A stretch of DNA of 63,999 nucleotides, counting the filler, from Octopus bimaculoides (taxonomy: Eukaryota): the NCBI RefSeq assembly GCF_001194135.2. It is 9 parts of 9 records of this genome, joined end to end, with 100 filler letters (N's around TTAATTAATTAA, not from the genome) between each part and the next. Parts side by side here need not be neighbours in the genome. Positions count along the whole stretch, not along the records: positions 1 to 7,010 come from NC_068986.1; positions 7,111 to 15,047 come from NC_069010.1; 7 more parts are not named here. The stretch is one strand, 5' to 3'. Every line of letters starts with the position of its first letter. Position 1 is the first letter of the stretch. A program made the position numbers and the translations under genes. Below are positions 1 through 12,647 of this stretch, in pieces. Under the pieces are notes generated by a model. It made no database searches. It was given only the letters and a program-made list of their open reading frames with translations, and was not told the DNA's origin.

Positions 1-90
1 AAAATTTATATTCGAAGTTATTTCATGTTAAAAATTGTCGTATTTCGGTAATTTCAACCAATCACTGACGTCTATTCAGCTGAATACAGT

Positions 91-545
91 TTGAAAATCC
101 ATTGGTGGAGAGTAGATAGTTCGCGTTGTCTTATCAGTATTGTACTCTGTCTAGTACCAAGTTACTTAACACCGAATTTTTTCCTCATCCATCTTGCTGT
201 AATTATATATAGATTTTCTATATCTAAAGTTGCATACTTCATTATTGTCGGCTGCATCCTTCGTATCATATTTCCATCTATTATTCATAATGCAGTATAC
301 ATTATCTTAGCTTTTACTTGTTTCAGTTACAAGACTTCAGCCATACTGGGGCATCACCTTGAAGAATTTTTTGTTGAATGAATCGACCCCAGTACTTGTT
401 TTGTTCTAAAGCCTGATACTTATTCGATCGGTTTCTTTTGCCGAACTACTAAGTTACAGGGACATAACCACACCAACACCATTTGTCAAGCGGTAGTGGG
501 GAACAAACACAATCACAAAGACACGCACACTTACACACACACACA
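91..545 (+). repeat. Local direct duplication, copy 1 (copy 2 at 2608-3060)
   Basis: ~450 bp near-identical by eye (few substitutions), offset 2517; ~220 bp of apparently unique sequence plus a SINE 3' part. Confidence 0.9.
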
Positions 546-562
546 CACATATATATATGAGG

Positions 563-902
563 GAAAAGAAAATGGAGGTAGTGAAGTTAATAAATGTTTA
601 CTATCAACAACAAATCAATCATTATCCCTTAAAGCTGTTTCAATTAATACTCAGTGAATTACATATTAAATCCATATGCCCTGAGCATAATATCTTCAGT
701 CTGATATAATGAATCCATAAAGACACATATAAAATATCTAAGGGTATATTGTTTTTCCCTCTGAAGATATTATGCCCAGGGTATATGAATTTAATATTTA
801 ATTAATTCACTGAGTATTAATTGGAACAAGTGTAAGGGATAATGATTGATTTGTTGTTGATAATAAACATTTATGAACTTCACTGTCTCCATTTTCTTTT
901 TC
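563..902. mobile_element. Fold-back (MITE-like) element with ~140-bp inverted arms
   Basis: ~563-699 is the reverse complement of ~761-902 with scattered mismatches (e.g. ATCAACAACAAATCAATCATTATCCCTTA vs TAAGGGATAATGATTGATTTGTTGTTGAT); ~60-bp spacer. Confidence 0.8.
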
Positions 903-1062
903 TTCCTTTATATGAATATAAACTACATGGTTTTTATATATATACCTATCATTTTAAGGAAATCAATTCCTCCAAAATACTAGGTATTGAACTAGTATTT
1001 CCCTGGATGACAACATCCCTCCATGATGCTAATATAACCTCTAATCGAATTATGTATGTATG

Positions 1063-1109
<47 letters not shown>

Positions 1110-1667
1110 TTCCCTATATATATATATATATATATNNNNNNNNNNNNNNNNNNNNNNNNNNNNNNNNNNNNNNNNNNNNNNNNNNNNNNNNNNNNNNNNN
1201 NNNNNNNNNNNNNNNNNNNNNNNNNNNNNNNNNNNNNNNNNNNNNNNNNNNNNNNNNNNNNNNNNNNNNNNNNNNNNNNNNNNNNNNNNNNNNNNNNNNN
1301 NNNNNNNNNNNNNNNNNNNNNNNNNNNNNNNNNNNNNNNNNNNNNNNNNNNNNNNNNNNNNNNNNNNNNNNNNNNNNNNNNNNNNNNNNNNNNNNNNNNN
1401 NNNNNNNNNNNNNNNNNNNNNNNNNNNNNNNNNNNNNNNNNNNNNNNNNNNNNNNNNNNNNNNNNNNNNNNNNNNNNNNNNNNNNNNNNNNNNNNNNNNN
1501 NNNNNNNNNNNNNNNNNNNNNNNNNNNNNNNNNNNNNNNNNNNNNNNNNNNNNNNNNNNNNNNNNNNNNNNNNNNNNNNNNNNNNNNNNNNNNNNNNNNN
1601 NNNNNNNNNNNNNNNNNNNNNNNNNNNNNNNNNNNNNNNNNNNNNNNNNNNNNNNNNNNNNNATATA

Positions 1668-1700
<33 letters not shown>

Positions 1701-4700
1701 AGCTGAAAAAATATTTACAGACTATTACTCAGAGTTTCACATTACCGTTCGTCGGAAGTTTATGATCGCAACTGTTCGACGAACAGTTCTTGAAACTTAG
1801 TTATTTTCCCTAAAGCTATATAGTGAAAGTCTGAGTAACAATTTGTGAAAATTTTTTTCAGCTCTGATGAAAGCACATTACTTCACAATCGGTATTCAAG
1901 TGCTACTTCTTCCACCTTGTATTGCATTTATGTGCTTACTTGTGTATCTAGGTTAAACGATAGATAGATAACCGGTTGTCATGGCTGAAATTCATTTGAT
2001 TGAATGCCTGTTCAATCTAGGCTAAACAACGTAATAACTCAAAATGATAAGTATAAAAACAAGTTCTTTAATATGTATGGGTCTCCGTCAGGCTTTTAAA
2101 CACCTAAAAAAATGCTATTATACAAGGGCAGTGAGTCGTTGTATTAAATAACTTAACGCTACAATGTAGTACTAACGATAACATAAGCTCTTAATACATG
2201 CAAACACACCCGCAGATACTATTTACTTCGATATATTTAGGCTGGTTGGTGGATACATTTTTTTTTTACTCTAGGTACAAGGCCCGAAAGTTTGGAGGGG
2301 GGGGCCGTCGATTAGATCGATCCCAGTACGAAACTGGTACTTAATTTATCGACCCCGAAAGGATGAGAGGCAAAGTCGACCTCAGCGGAATTTGAACTCA
2401 GAACGTAAAGACAGACGAAAGGTGGGTGGATAAAACTGAGTAATTTTTTACGTTCTGAGCTCTAATCCCGTTGGAATATGTTTTGCATTTTGTCTTTCTG
2501 AGGTTGATATAAAACGTTAGTCAAATACGATGGTGTGGTGAAGATATGAGTAGGAGGTCTAGTTGACTACTCTCTCAGCCAGAATTTGTCAAGATTGTAT
2601 ATGCTATTTGAAAATCCATTGGTGGAGAGTAGATAGTTCGCGTTGTCTTATCAGCATTGTACTCTGTCTAGTACCAAGTTACTTAACACCGAATTTTTTC
2701 CTCATCCATCTTGCTGTAATTATATAGAGATTTTCTATATCTAAAGTTGCATACTTCATTATTGTCGGCTGTATCCTTCGTATCATATTTCCATCTATTA
2801 TTCATAATGCAGTATACATTATCTTAGCTTTTACTTGTTTCAGTTACAAGACTTCAGCCATACTGGGGCATTACATTGAAGAATTTTTAGTTGAATGAAT
2901 CGACCCCAGTACTTGTTTTGTTTTAAAGCCTGGTACTTATTCGATCGGTTTCTTTTGCCGAACCACTAAGTTACAGGGACATAACCACACCAACACCATT
3001 TGTCAAGTGATAGTGGGGAACAAACACAATCACAAAGACACGCACACTTACACACACATAGACATACGACGGGCTTCTTTCAGTTTCCTCCTATCAAATC
3101 CACCTGCAAGGCTTTTATCGTCCCGAGACTATAGTACAAGATACTTGCCCTGTACCAGGTAGTGGGAGTGAACCCGGAACCATGTGGTTGTGAAGCAAAC
3201 TTCTTACCAGACAGCCACGCCTGCGCCATTAAAGGCTGCTGAAAATGTTGCAAGATTTTGGGCACCGGCACCACTTTGCAGAAGACTTCCTCATTTTCAA
3301 CAAAGCGGATTGCAGCAGCATGAAATAAACTACCTTGCCCAAGAGCACAGCGCGTAGTCATTTCGGGAATCGAACCGACTGCCTTACACTCGTGAGTCCG
3401 ACAGCCTAAATACTAGATAATATGCCTTCACACTCTAATCGTAGCATTGTAAAATAGACGAATGTTTCGTTGGCCTACATTGTCCTCTAAACATTANNNN
3501 NNNNNNNNNNNNNNNNNNNNNNNNNNNNNNNNNNNNNNNNNNNNNNNNNNNNNNNNNNNNNNNNNNNNNNNNNNNNNNNNNNNNNNNNNNNNNNNNNNNN
3601 NNNNNNNNNNNNNNNNNNNNNNNNNNNNNNNNNNNNNNNNNNNNNNNNNNNNNNNNNNNNNNNNNNNNNNNNNNNNNNNNNNNNNNNNNNNNNNNNNNNN
3701 NNNNNNNNNNNNNNNNNNNNNNNNNNNNNNNNNNNNNNNNNNNNNNNNNNNNNNNNNNNNNNNNNNNNNNNNNNNNNNNNNNNNNNNNNNNNNNNNNNNN
3801 NNNNNNNNNNNNNNNNNNNNNNNNNNNNNNNNNNNNNNNNNNNNNNNNNNNNNNNNNNNNNNNNNNNNNNNNNNNNNNNNNNNNNNNNNNNNNNNNNNNN
3901 NNNNNNNNNNNNNNNNNNNNNNNNNNNNNNNNNNNNNNNNNNNNNNNNNNNNNNNNNNNNNNNNNNNNNNNNNNNNNNNNNNNNNNNNNNNNNNNNNNNN
4001 NNNNNNNNNNNNNNNNNNNNNNNNNNNNNNNNNNNNNNNNNNNNNNNNNNNNNNNNNNNNNNNNNNNNNNNNNNNNNNNNNNNNNNNNNNNNNNNNNNNN
4101 NNNNNNNNNNNNNNNNNNNNNNNNNNNNNNNNNNNNNNNNNNNNNNNNNNNNNNNNNNNNNNNNNNNNNNNNNNNNNNNNNNNNNNNNNNNNNNNNNNNN
4201 NNNNNNNNNNNNNNNNNNNNNNNNNNNNNNNNNNNNNNNNNNNNNNNNNNNNNNNNNNNNNNNNNNNNNNNNNNNNNNNNNNNNNNNNNNNNNNNNNNNN
4301 NNNNNNNNNNNNNNNNNNNNNNNNNNNNNNNNNNNNNNNNNNNNNNNNNNNNNNNNNNNNNNATAAATAAGCTAACATTTCTCAAAGTTTTTGCTATAGA
4401 TTGGTGTCCTATTTATTGATTAATTTATTGATTAAGAGAGAGAGAGAGGGTAATAGAAGGAAAGAGAGAGAGAGAGAGAGACAGACAGACAGCGAGAGAC
4501 AGAGAGAGAGAGAGTTCTCTTCTGCTTAACGTTGTAGAAACTGCAATGGTGTACAGACTCAGTGGACAACAGAGGCTCGTGAATATATTTAGCGGGTTTT
4601 AAAAATATTTCCTTAAAATGTCCAAAGAATATTGAAGCAGAGTGGCAAAAGGCTTAAAATTAAAAATATAGAACGAAGACTAAAGTGGAGAGAGTGCGTC

Positions 4701-5466
4701 ATTTTGAACGCCAGTATATAGTTACAATCCTTTACATTAGAAGTTCAGATTTTTCTAAGGTGAACTTACATTTTTTTCATTTAATGTTTCCAGAAAACAC
4801 TCAAGGTTCATCATATATTTCTAAAATGTATCTAATTCCTAAATGGAATCACAAGAGATAATTGCTTAAGTCATGTTACTTTTTAGATAACAAAAATCTT
4901 TGCTCAACTTGAAAACTTAGTGCGTTGAGCGTAAATATACTCGGCAGATATTTATCACTTTGTAAATTAATTACATGTTTTCATGCAGAACACATACCTG
5001 GGAAATTTTCCAATGTCATTATTTTAAACTTCCTTATCAGTGAATTATTTTCACACCTTAAAATATATCCTCTCAAAGTCACTCTACGATCTGGAATGCA
5101 TTTAAACCAGGCGTTCTTATTTGGGTGTGTGAGAGTATGAAATGTGATCTCGAATGTTGTTTTCTATAAATAAATGAATAAAAAATCCTTATGATTTTCT
5201 TCCATGTCTAGCAACTGTTTATCCACATGTAAAGAAAAGTCAAGCTATTGTCTGTTGTTGTAGTTAATGATGACGATGATGATGACTTCGGAAAGGTTGT
5301 ATGAAGATATATTGAGCAATCATTTGGGAATCTGGTATCATTAAATAACTTAACAGTCACTATATTAAACAATGCCGAGGAGATCGGATAAGACGGAATC
5401 ATGTCCAGAGTTGTAATCATACTCATCATAGATCAGACTAACTCTTCAGTTCATGTCATCATTTAA

Positions 5467-5492
5467 TCTATATATATAAAAATGAGAATGTG

Positions 5493-5523
<31 letters not shown>

Positions 5524-5746
5524 GTGAATCCCTAAAACTCGAGAACTACGCAACCAATTTCATTCAAATTTTACACATGCCTTACTTAGGGTTCCAGTTG
5601 TGTTTTAGTAAAAAAAAATTATTAACTTCTTGCAGAGTTCGAGCACACGGCAACATAATATCTCCTCCACTATTTAAGTATTACGTGTTAAAAGTGAAAC
5701 AAAAACACTCATGTCAAATACTTTCACTTTAAAAATGAAACTATTC
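5467..5746 (+). mobile_element. Non-autonomous Helitron-type element, 5' part
   Basis: 5' TC terminus (TCTATATATATAAAAATGAG) followed by an internal (CTGT)n microsatellite and AACTACGCAACCAATTTCATTCAAATTT, the layout of short Helitron-derived elements. The 3' end runs into an N gap. Confidence 0.5.
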
Positions 5747-7010
5747 NNNNNNNNNNNNNNNNNNNNNNNNNNNNNNNNNNNNNNNNNNNNNNNNNNNNNN
5801 NNNNNNNNNNNNNNNNNNNNNNNNNNNNNNNNNNNNNNNNNNNNNNNNNNNNNNNNNNNNNNNNNNNNNNNNNNNNNNNNNNNNNNNNNNNNNNNNNNNN
5901 NNNNNNNNNNNNNNNNNNNNNNNNNNNNNNNNNNNNNNNNNNNNNNNGTATATGTATACATATAGATGTACACGTATATGTATATATATATATAGATCTA
6001 TACATACATGTATATGTATACATATGTGTAGATGTATATATATATAGATGTACATGTAATATGTACACATATATACATATATACATGCATACAGATATCT
6101 ATACATATATACACCCATCACACACACATACACATGCACACAAACACACACATTAGTCATTTGTTTTCTTATCCAAAACTACGTCAAAAGTACTGAATGG
6201 ATCTTTATGAAATTTGGAAATTATATTCTTTGCATAACGGCCATAACTCCCATGAAAATTCATATATTTTTGATGTTGATGAAATTTTAACCCGAACATA
6301 ACAGATGTATTTCTGCTAGTTTCTAATAAATTTAAATGTCGGAGCTCTCCCTGTTCATTTGTATGAAAATTTGATGAGTGTAAGTTAAGAGTATGAGTAA
6401 CAGTCGATTGACCTGTTTGTATGTATAGCTTCTATAGGAATCTTTAAAGAGGGATAGAAGTACAGTACATCTGCTGAAGGCTTTCTGACTTGCAGTGATG
6501 CCGCATATTCTTATTAAAGAGTATAAGTAAATATGAGCTCATATATTTAATACGACTACGTGACCGACTAGAGTATCAGGTGTTCGTCACAATGCGTTTT
6601 GCATCGTTTTGGCCTTTGAATGACGCCGCCTCGCTGGCTAGGCCAACGGGCTAACATTCTCTTCTGATTGAAAGTGGGGCTGGAGTAACGTGAAATGAAG
6701 TGTTTTGCTCAAGAACACAACTCGTCGCTCGGTCTGAGAATAGAACCCACGATCTTTAGTGCAACAGCCTAACCACTGAGCCACGCGCTTAAACATGTTT
6801 AAAGCAGTGAGCCTAAAAATATACTAGCATGCGAAAGCATGGCTGTGCGGTAAGAAGATTGCTTCCCGACCATGTGGTTCCGGATTCAGTCCCACTGCGT
6901 GGCACCTTGGCCAAGGGTCTTCTGGCCAACCAAAGCCTTCTGAGACGAAGATTGATAAAAGACGGAAACTGAAAAAAACCCGTTTTACATACATACATAC
7001 ATACATACAT

Positions 7011-7110
7011 NNNNNNNNNNNNNNNNNNNNNNNNNNNNNNNNNNNNNNNNNNNNTTAATTAATTAANNNNNNNNNNNNNNNNNNNNNNNNNNNNNNNNNN
7101 NNNNNNNNNN
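7011..7110. other. Artificial scaffold-join spacer (44 N + TTAATTAATTAA + 44 N), 1 of 8
   Basis: Identical 100-bp structure with the 12-mer at 7055, 15092, 23258, 31778, 36444, 56559, 61370 and 62908; the 12-mer places stops in all six frames. Confidence 0.92.
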
Positions 7111-7885
7111 GGGGGGAGGGGCTAAAATGATAAAATCAACCCTGGCGGCATTTCAACCCGGACGGACAAAATGCCGCTAAGCATTGTGTCCGGTGTGCCA
7201 ATGCTGCTTCCAACTCACTGTCTTATTTCAGTTTAATATGGAACACTCTCTGAGTGGTTGGCGTTAGGAAGGGCATCCAGCTGTAGAAACTCTGCCAAAT
7301 CAGATTGGTGGCTGGTGTAGCCATCTGGTTTTCACCAGTCCTCAGTCAAATTGTCCAACCCATGCTAGCATGGAAAGCAGACGTTAAATGATGATGATGA
7401 TGGGGCAACAGCATATCGACATTGTATCTGTAACATCGATAATTCTACATAGAAGCTGGCAGAATCGTTAGCAGGCCAGGCGAGATGCTTAGCGGTATTT
7501 CGTCTGTCTTTACGGTTTGAGTTCAAATTCCATCAAGGTCAACTTTGCCTTTCATCCTTTTTGGGTCGATAAATTAAGTACCAGTTGCGTACTGGGGTTC
7601 GATCTAATCGACTGGCCCCCTTCCTAAAAATTTCGAGCCTTGTGCCTAGAATAGAATGCAGAGGACGTGCATCAACTGGAACTCTCGACGTCGTAAGCGA
7701 CGGAGTGCCAACAACAACATGTTTATAAGAGATGCTTTCTCAAGATGAACACTGCAGTTTCAAGGCTTTCAATAGTATATCTGTGTTAAGCATGATATAC
7801 AACATGCTCTTTAGATAAATACAATAAATAAAATATAAAAAAAACAAAAAAAATCATTCTCACTTTCTCTCTCTCTGAGACTTAC

Positions 7886-8035
7886 CTGCAGTCTGTTATT
7901 AGTGAAACCATAAAAATACGGGGCAGAAAATAGATAGAGGGAATCCTCTGGGGGCATGGTGACATCGCCATAGTAAATGTAACGCATCAGACTGCGGAAA
8001 GCCTGCAATGAGGGAACCATTTCTCCAATAGCAAT
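7886..8035 (-). CDS. LZTR1: LZTR1 exon, BTB2 ([50 protein letters not shown])
   Basis: 150 nt = 50 codons; acceptor gtcttccag|ATT, donor CAG|gtaagt; matches LZTR1 [50 protein letters not shown]. Downstream exons not found in the window. Confidence 0.95.
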
Positions 8036-8780
8036 CTGGAAGACAAAAAAAAAAGGGGGAGAGTAAGAAGGGTTACAAAAGAGGAGGTGGAGGAGGGAGA
8101 GAGCAAGGCTGAAAGAAACATAATGAGGGGGAGGGGTGTTTTGGGTACGACCTTAAACTGCTTCTAGCGGTGGGGCCCTGACTTGGGAATTTCTGGGTTT
8201 TGACGAGTGTGGAACCTCGTCTTAGCCCTTATTGCTCTGAGGGCTATCTCTGACCCCGGAGTAGTAGCACCTGTGAAAACTGGATCTGGTGGATTGTGTG
8301 GGAGAAACCTTCGTGGGTCAACAGAAGGGAAGGCAGCTACAGCAACACACTGTGGAAATATGGAAAGCAAAATGAGGCCCTAAGGACATCTTGGTCATCT
8401 ACTGCATTTGTCTTGGCCCCTGGTTGAAGATGGTCATGGACAAGAGAGCGATGTCGACAGTAACTCTTCTTTATACGGAATATTACCACTCGACAGGGTC
8501 CCAGTTATGGGTTAATTAGCGTCTTAGGGTTTGCCAACCTCTGCGTGTAAAGACAGGATCTAGCAGAATTTGTGGAAGAAACCTTCATGGTTCAATGGAG
8601 AGGAAGGCGCACACAGCAATATATTTGTGAGGTGCAGAGAGCAAGATGGGGCACGCAAGACATCTTGGTCATCCACTACATCCATCTCTATCCCCAGTCA
8701 TCTACCTTGACCTTGTTTTGCCCCCTGGTTGAACATGGTCATGGGCATGATAGGGAGGTTGATGGTGAATAACTGTTCAT

Positions 8781-8967
8781 CATCATCATCGTCGTTTAAC
8801 GTCCGCTTTCCATGCTAGCATGGGTTGGACGGTTTGACTGAGGACTGGTGAAACCGGATGGCAACACCAGGCTCCAATCTGATCTGGCAGAGTTTCTACA
8901 GCTGGATGCCCTTCCTAACGCCAACCACTCAGAGAGTGTAATGGGTGCTTTTACGTGTCACCCGCAT
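8781..8967 (-). mobile_element. RTE-type 3' tail repeat ending in (GAT)n
   Basis: GGCGTTAGGAAGGGCATCCAGCTGTAGAAAC...CCAACCCATGCTAGCATGGAAAGCGGACGTTAAACGATGATG; copies at 7245-7402, 14820-14962 and 17278-17410. Confidence 0.7.
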
Positions 8968-9258
8968 GTATGTATGTAGATTAATGCCTCAATATACACA
9001 TTAATTTATTCCCAGAGACAGCTTCTAAAGTGAAAACTCATAAAGCAGAGCAATAATTTCCCATAGTAGCAATGTTATAAATCGTAATTTGTTTCCAGTA
9101 AAATATTCTACCTATAGAATTTATAATACTCATAAATAAATGGCAATAAAACAACAGTACAATGTAAAGAACAATTTATGTAAAGTAAAAAAAAAAGTAT
9201 CAAGATCATTTATAATAAAAAATATAGTTACTATAATTGTTTTCACTATCACGTTTAC

Positions 9259-9437
9259 CTTGACGGTATTGTCTTCGGGCATAAATGAGCGGAACATTGC
9301 CTCGAAGTAGCTGCTCCTCGCTGCCAATATGGACTTGTGGGCTGGGATTAAGATTCCATCCAGGATCAGAATTATATCACAGAATTCCATGCCAACCACT
9401 TTGAGGAAGTTCTCCATGTCTTTCTCTAGGGTGTTTG
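9259..9437 (-). CDS. LZTR1: LZTR1 exon, start of BTB2 ([60 protein letters not shown])
   Basis: 179 nt; phase 1 acceptor ctcattgcag|CA AAC, donor AAG|gtaaac; [24 protein letters not shown] is nearly identical to LZTR1 BTB2. Confidence 0.95.
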
Positions 9438-10279
9438 CTGCAATGAGAAAAAAAACAATCAGAATTAGAAACCACTGTTGTTAGGCAACCAAGAAGCATG
9501 TACGCACAGAAACATGGACACAAAACAGGGCAGGTTATGAAACCAAGTTCTATCAACCTGTCATCAGAGGCTCCTTGTTACCATATATTTCTTCCTTTAT
9601 TTATGATGGCGCCTCTGATGGCTGGCAAGATCAACTTTTGCATGCAACAAATGCACGTGTGTGTGTGTGTGTGTGTGTATAGAAGTGTCTTTTTGTGTGT
9701 CTCCCCACCACCGCTTGACAACAGGAATTGGTTTGTTTATGTCTCTATAACTTAGAGGTTTAGCAAAAGGGATTGAGAAAATAAGCACCAGGCTTAAGAA
9801 AAGAAACCCTGGGGTCGATTTGTTCAGCTAAACCCTTCAAGGTCGTGCCTGAGCATAACTGTAATCGAAGACCCGGCAAGCCAAGTGAGACCATAACCTG
9901 TGGCCTCTGCCAGTGGTGTAACCGGCCCACTTATGCGTACCTTTCCTTCATTGGACGACACTAGACTCTGCTTGCAAAGACCTGTTGAGGCAAGTGAAAT
10001 CGAATTCAAATTCAATGACACCACTGCTTGACTGGCATCCGTGCTTAGTGGAGCGCTAAGAGCCACCATTCGAGCGTGATTGTTGCCAGGGCTGCTGACT
10101 GGCTCCCGTGCTGGTGGCACGTCTGATGCTCTACCGATCCAGCTTCGGTGGAGTTTGAACTCAGACCACAGAGAGCTGCAACAAAAACTGCTAATAATTC
10201 GCTATTACTGTTCAACAACCTCACTCTTAACAACAACAACAACAACAACAACAACAGCAACAACAAAAATATTACTAAC

Positions 10280-10442
10280 AATTGTTGGGGTCAGTTTGAG
10301 GGTCAGGTAGGGTCCTGAACTGGGGTTGTTGTTTCCGTCGAATGATCTCAACCATAAGGGGTTGGTCGAGGGTCTCAAATTCCTTGCTCATTATGATCTG
10401 GCTGTAGTTGCTCTCTTTGACAATAAACTTCAAACAATATTC
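10280..10442 (-). CDS. LZTR1: LZTR1 exon ([54 protein letters not shown])
   Basis: 163 nt = 54 codons + 1; acceptor cccttgcag|GAA, donor AAT T|gttagt; matches LZTR1 [40 protein letters not shown]. Confidence 0.93.
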
Positions 10443-10846
10443 CTGCAAGGGACAAAAAAAAAAAAAAAGACAAAAATTAAAAAAAAACAAAAAAAACCCC
10501 AAAAAAACAAGTAAAAGATAAAAGATTTGCCCACCCCTACTTGACATTACAGCAACAAACATGTCTGCTTTTATATCCTGCCACAGGTTGGTATAAATAA
10601 ATTATGCAAAGGAGTTTCAATCAATGTGTTCACACGAGGTACTTCAGGAGGTACTTCACGAGGTACTTCATGAGACTACCAAAGCACTCTTTCTGACTAC
10701 TACCGACCTCTACTCTTTATAAGAGTTCGGTTTGTCCATTCTCTAATCCGCCAGGGGTGTCAATGACTCTCGCCACAACATCTGTGTTAAATGGTGCTGT
10801 ACTAATTCTACTAATACAGCACTCCAGTGCTGTTTTTAGCCCCACT

Positions 10847-11448
10847 GATCTATTTTAAAACGGGGGCCACAGTTTTCATTAATGTTTTACGTAGTGTTTT
10901 TGGTACGGAAAGACTTTCAAACTTCGTATACTTATCTATTTTGTGTTATAGAACAGAAAAATATTTTTGTATTCGAATTTATTTCATGTAAAAAATTGTC
11001 TTATTTCGATAATTTCAACCAATCACTGACAAGTATTCAGTTGTTTATATTTACTCCTTTGGCTGATTAAGCGGTGTAAAGCGTATTTAATCTCCATAAC
11101 TTCTTGCTTTTTTCATTTTCTTTTTTTTTTCTTCGTTTTATNNNNNNNNNNNNNNNNNNNNNNNNNNNNNNNNNNNNNNNNNNNNNNNNNNNNNNNNNNN
11201 NNNNNNNNNNNNNNNNNNNNNNNNNNNNNNNNNNNNNNNNNNNNNNNNNNNNNNNNNNNNNNNNNNNNNNNNNNNNNNNNNNNNNNNNNNNNNNNNNNNN
11301 NNNNNNNNNNNNNNNNNNNNNNNNNNTCTTTTTTTTTTTTAAGAAGACTAAGAGAAAAAAGATGTTTTATATGACACATTCTACCAGTGTTCCAAGTTTC
11401 AAAGTGTTTCGTTAAGAAAATACTGTGGCCCCCGTTTTAAAATAGATC
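10847..11448. mobile_element. MITE with 27-bp perfect TIRs in an LZTR1 intron
   Basis: GATCTATTTTAAAACGGGGGCCACAGT at 10847 and its exact reverse complement ending at 11448. The internal segment ~10965-11040 is homologous to window positions 1-80. TSD not resolved. Confidence 0.75.
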
Positions 11449-11574
11449 CTGGTTTTCTAGCAAGCCTTCTCATCAGATTGTCCACTGACAACCTGTCCAT
11501 GCAACAGGTTGTACTGGATTCCATGTTGCCTTTAGCACTCATCAGAGATCCTACATGTGACCTGACACAGACAA

Positions 11575-11614
<40 letters not shown>

Positions 11615-11938
11615 GTAGGCATAAGTGTGTGGTAAGAAGCTTGCTTCCCAACCACATGGTTTCAGGTTCAGTAGAAGACACTTGCCCAAGGTGCCACGCA
11701 GTGGGAATGAACCCGGAACCATGTGGTTGGTTAAGCAAGCTACTTACCACACAGCCGCTCCTGTGCCTATTTAACTATTTTGATAGAACCCCCTCCTGGG
11801 ACCGCACTTTGTTTTATGATATAAGTCTTATGCTTTAAAGTGGTCTCAGTCAAAACTTCCCATCAAAATTCCATGTTGGTTTAAGTTCAAAAGACCGGCT
11901 TTGGCTCAGTTGCGTACTGTATTGGAGTTGGTCTAATC

Positions 11939-12235
11939 CAGGGGTTTTCAAACTTTTTGACTTGCGGACCCCTTTATATTTCAGGCTTTACCTTAGGGAC
12001 CCCCTTATAAACGCTTATGAAATTTAAACATAAATATTTGCTTAAAATAACATATATTTTTACATTTATTTATTTAACAGTATTTAACAAATAGGTTTAT
12101 TGTCAATTAAAAGATTTCGATTAAAAAACATATATAAAATCAAATTGCCCATAAAAAGCATTTGCTGTCTATGGACCCCCTGTCTTGTCCTTGTGGACCC
12201 CCTGTGGTCCGCAGACCACAGTTTGAAAAGCCCTG
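11939..12235. mobile_element. hAT-type MITE inserted into a SINE
   Basis: TIRs CAGGGGTTTTCAAACT / AGTTTGAAAAGCCCTG; perfect 8-bp TSD GTCTAATC at 11931-11938 and 12236-12243. Confidence 0.9.
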
Positions 12236-12475
12236 GTCTAATCGACTGGCCCCCCCTCCCCAAAAATTTCGGGCCTTNNNNNNNNNNNNNNNNNNNNNNN
12301 NNNNNNNNNNNNNNNNNNNNNNNNNNNNNNNNNNNNNNNNNNNNNNNNNNNNNNNNNNNNNNNNNNNNNNNNNNNNNNNNNNNNNNNNNNNNNNNNNNNN
12401 NNNNNNNNNNNNNNNNNNNNNNNNNNNNNNNNNNNNNNNNNNNNNNNNNNNNNNNNNNNGAAAGGTGTTCCCTAC

Positions 12476-12592
12476 CTTGATGAAGTCCAGTTTCAATGCT
12501 GCAGAATTCTGTAAAGCTACCAGAACATTCTTATGCCCAATACATGCTTCCAGGTAGTGGATACATAGTTGCTCCAGTCTGGTCATGTTGAA
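12476..12592 (-). CDS. LZTR1: LZTR1 exon, BACK1 (FNMTRLEQLCIHYLEACIGHKNVLVALQNSAALKLDFIK)
   Basis: 117 nt = 39 codons; acceptor gctttcag|TTC, donor AAG|gtaggg; matches LZTR1 [30 protein letters not shown]. Confidence 0.93.
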
Positions 12593-12606
12593 CTGAAAGC
12601 GGAGAG

Positions 12607-12643
<37 letters not shown>

Positions 12644-12647
12644 CATA

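Noticed and set aside
1861-1915. CTGATGA-A-AGCAC…GTGCT, hammerhead-like start
   Set aside because: The stem is followed by ACTTC, not GAAA; no stem III or stem I.
7055-7066. TTAATTAA as a recurrent biological motif (PacI site or homeodomain site)
   Set aside because: Always centred in exactly 44+44 N, so it is an assembly linker.
10600-10800. Minus-strand VIDTPG (GTPase G3-like) and a 3x12-bp GAGGTACTTCA repeat
   Set aside because: The frame closes within a few codons, and there are no other GTPase motifs or splice sites. Likely chance or an old repeat.
11450-11570. Two CTGATGA motifs on the LZTR1 sense strand (hammerhead or C/D snoRNA candidate)
   Set aside because: No stem II followed by GAAA in the right register, no terminal stem/k-turn geometry, and no recognisable rRNA guide.
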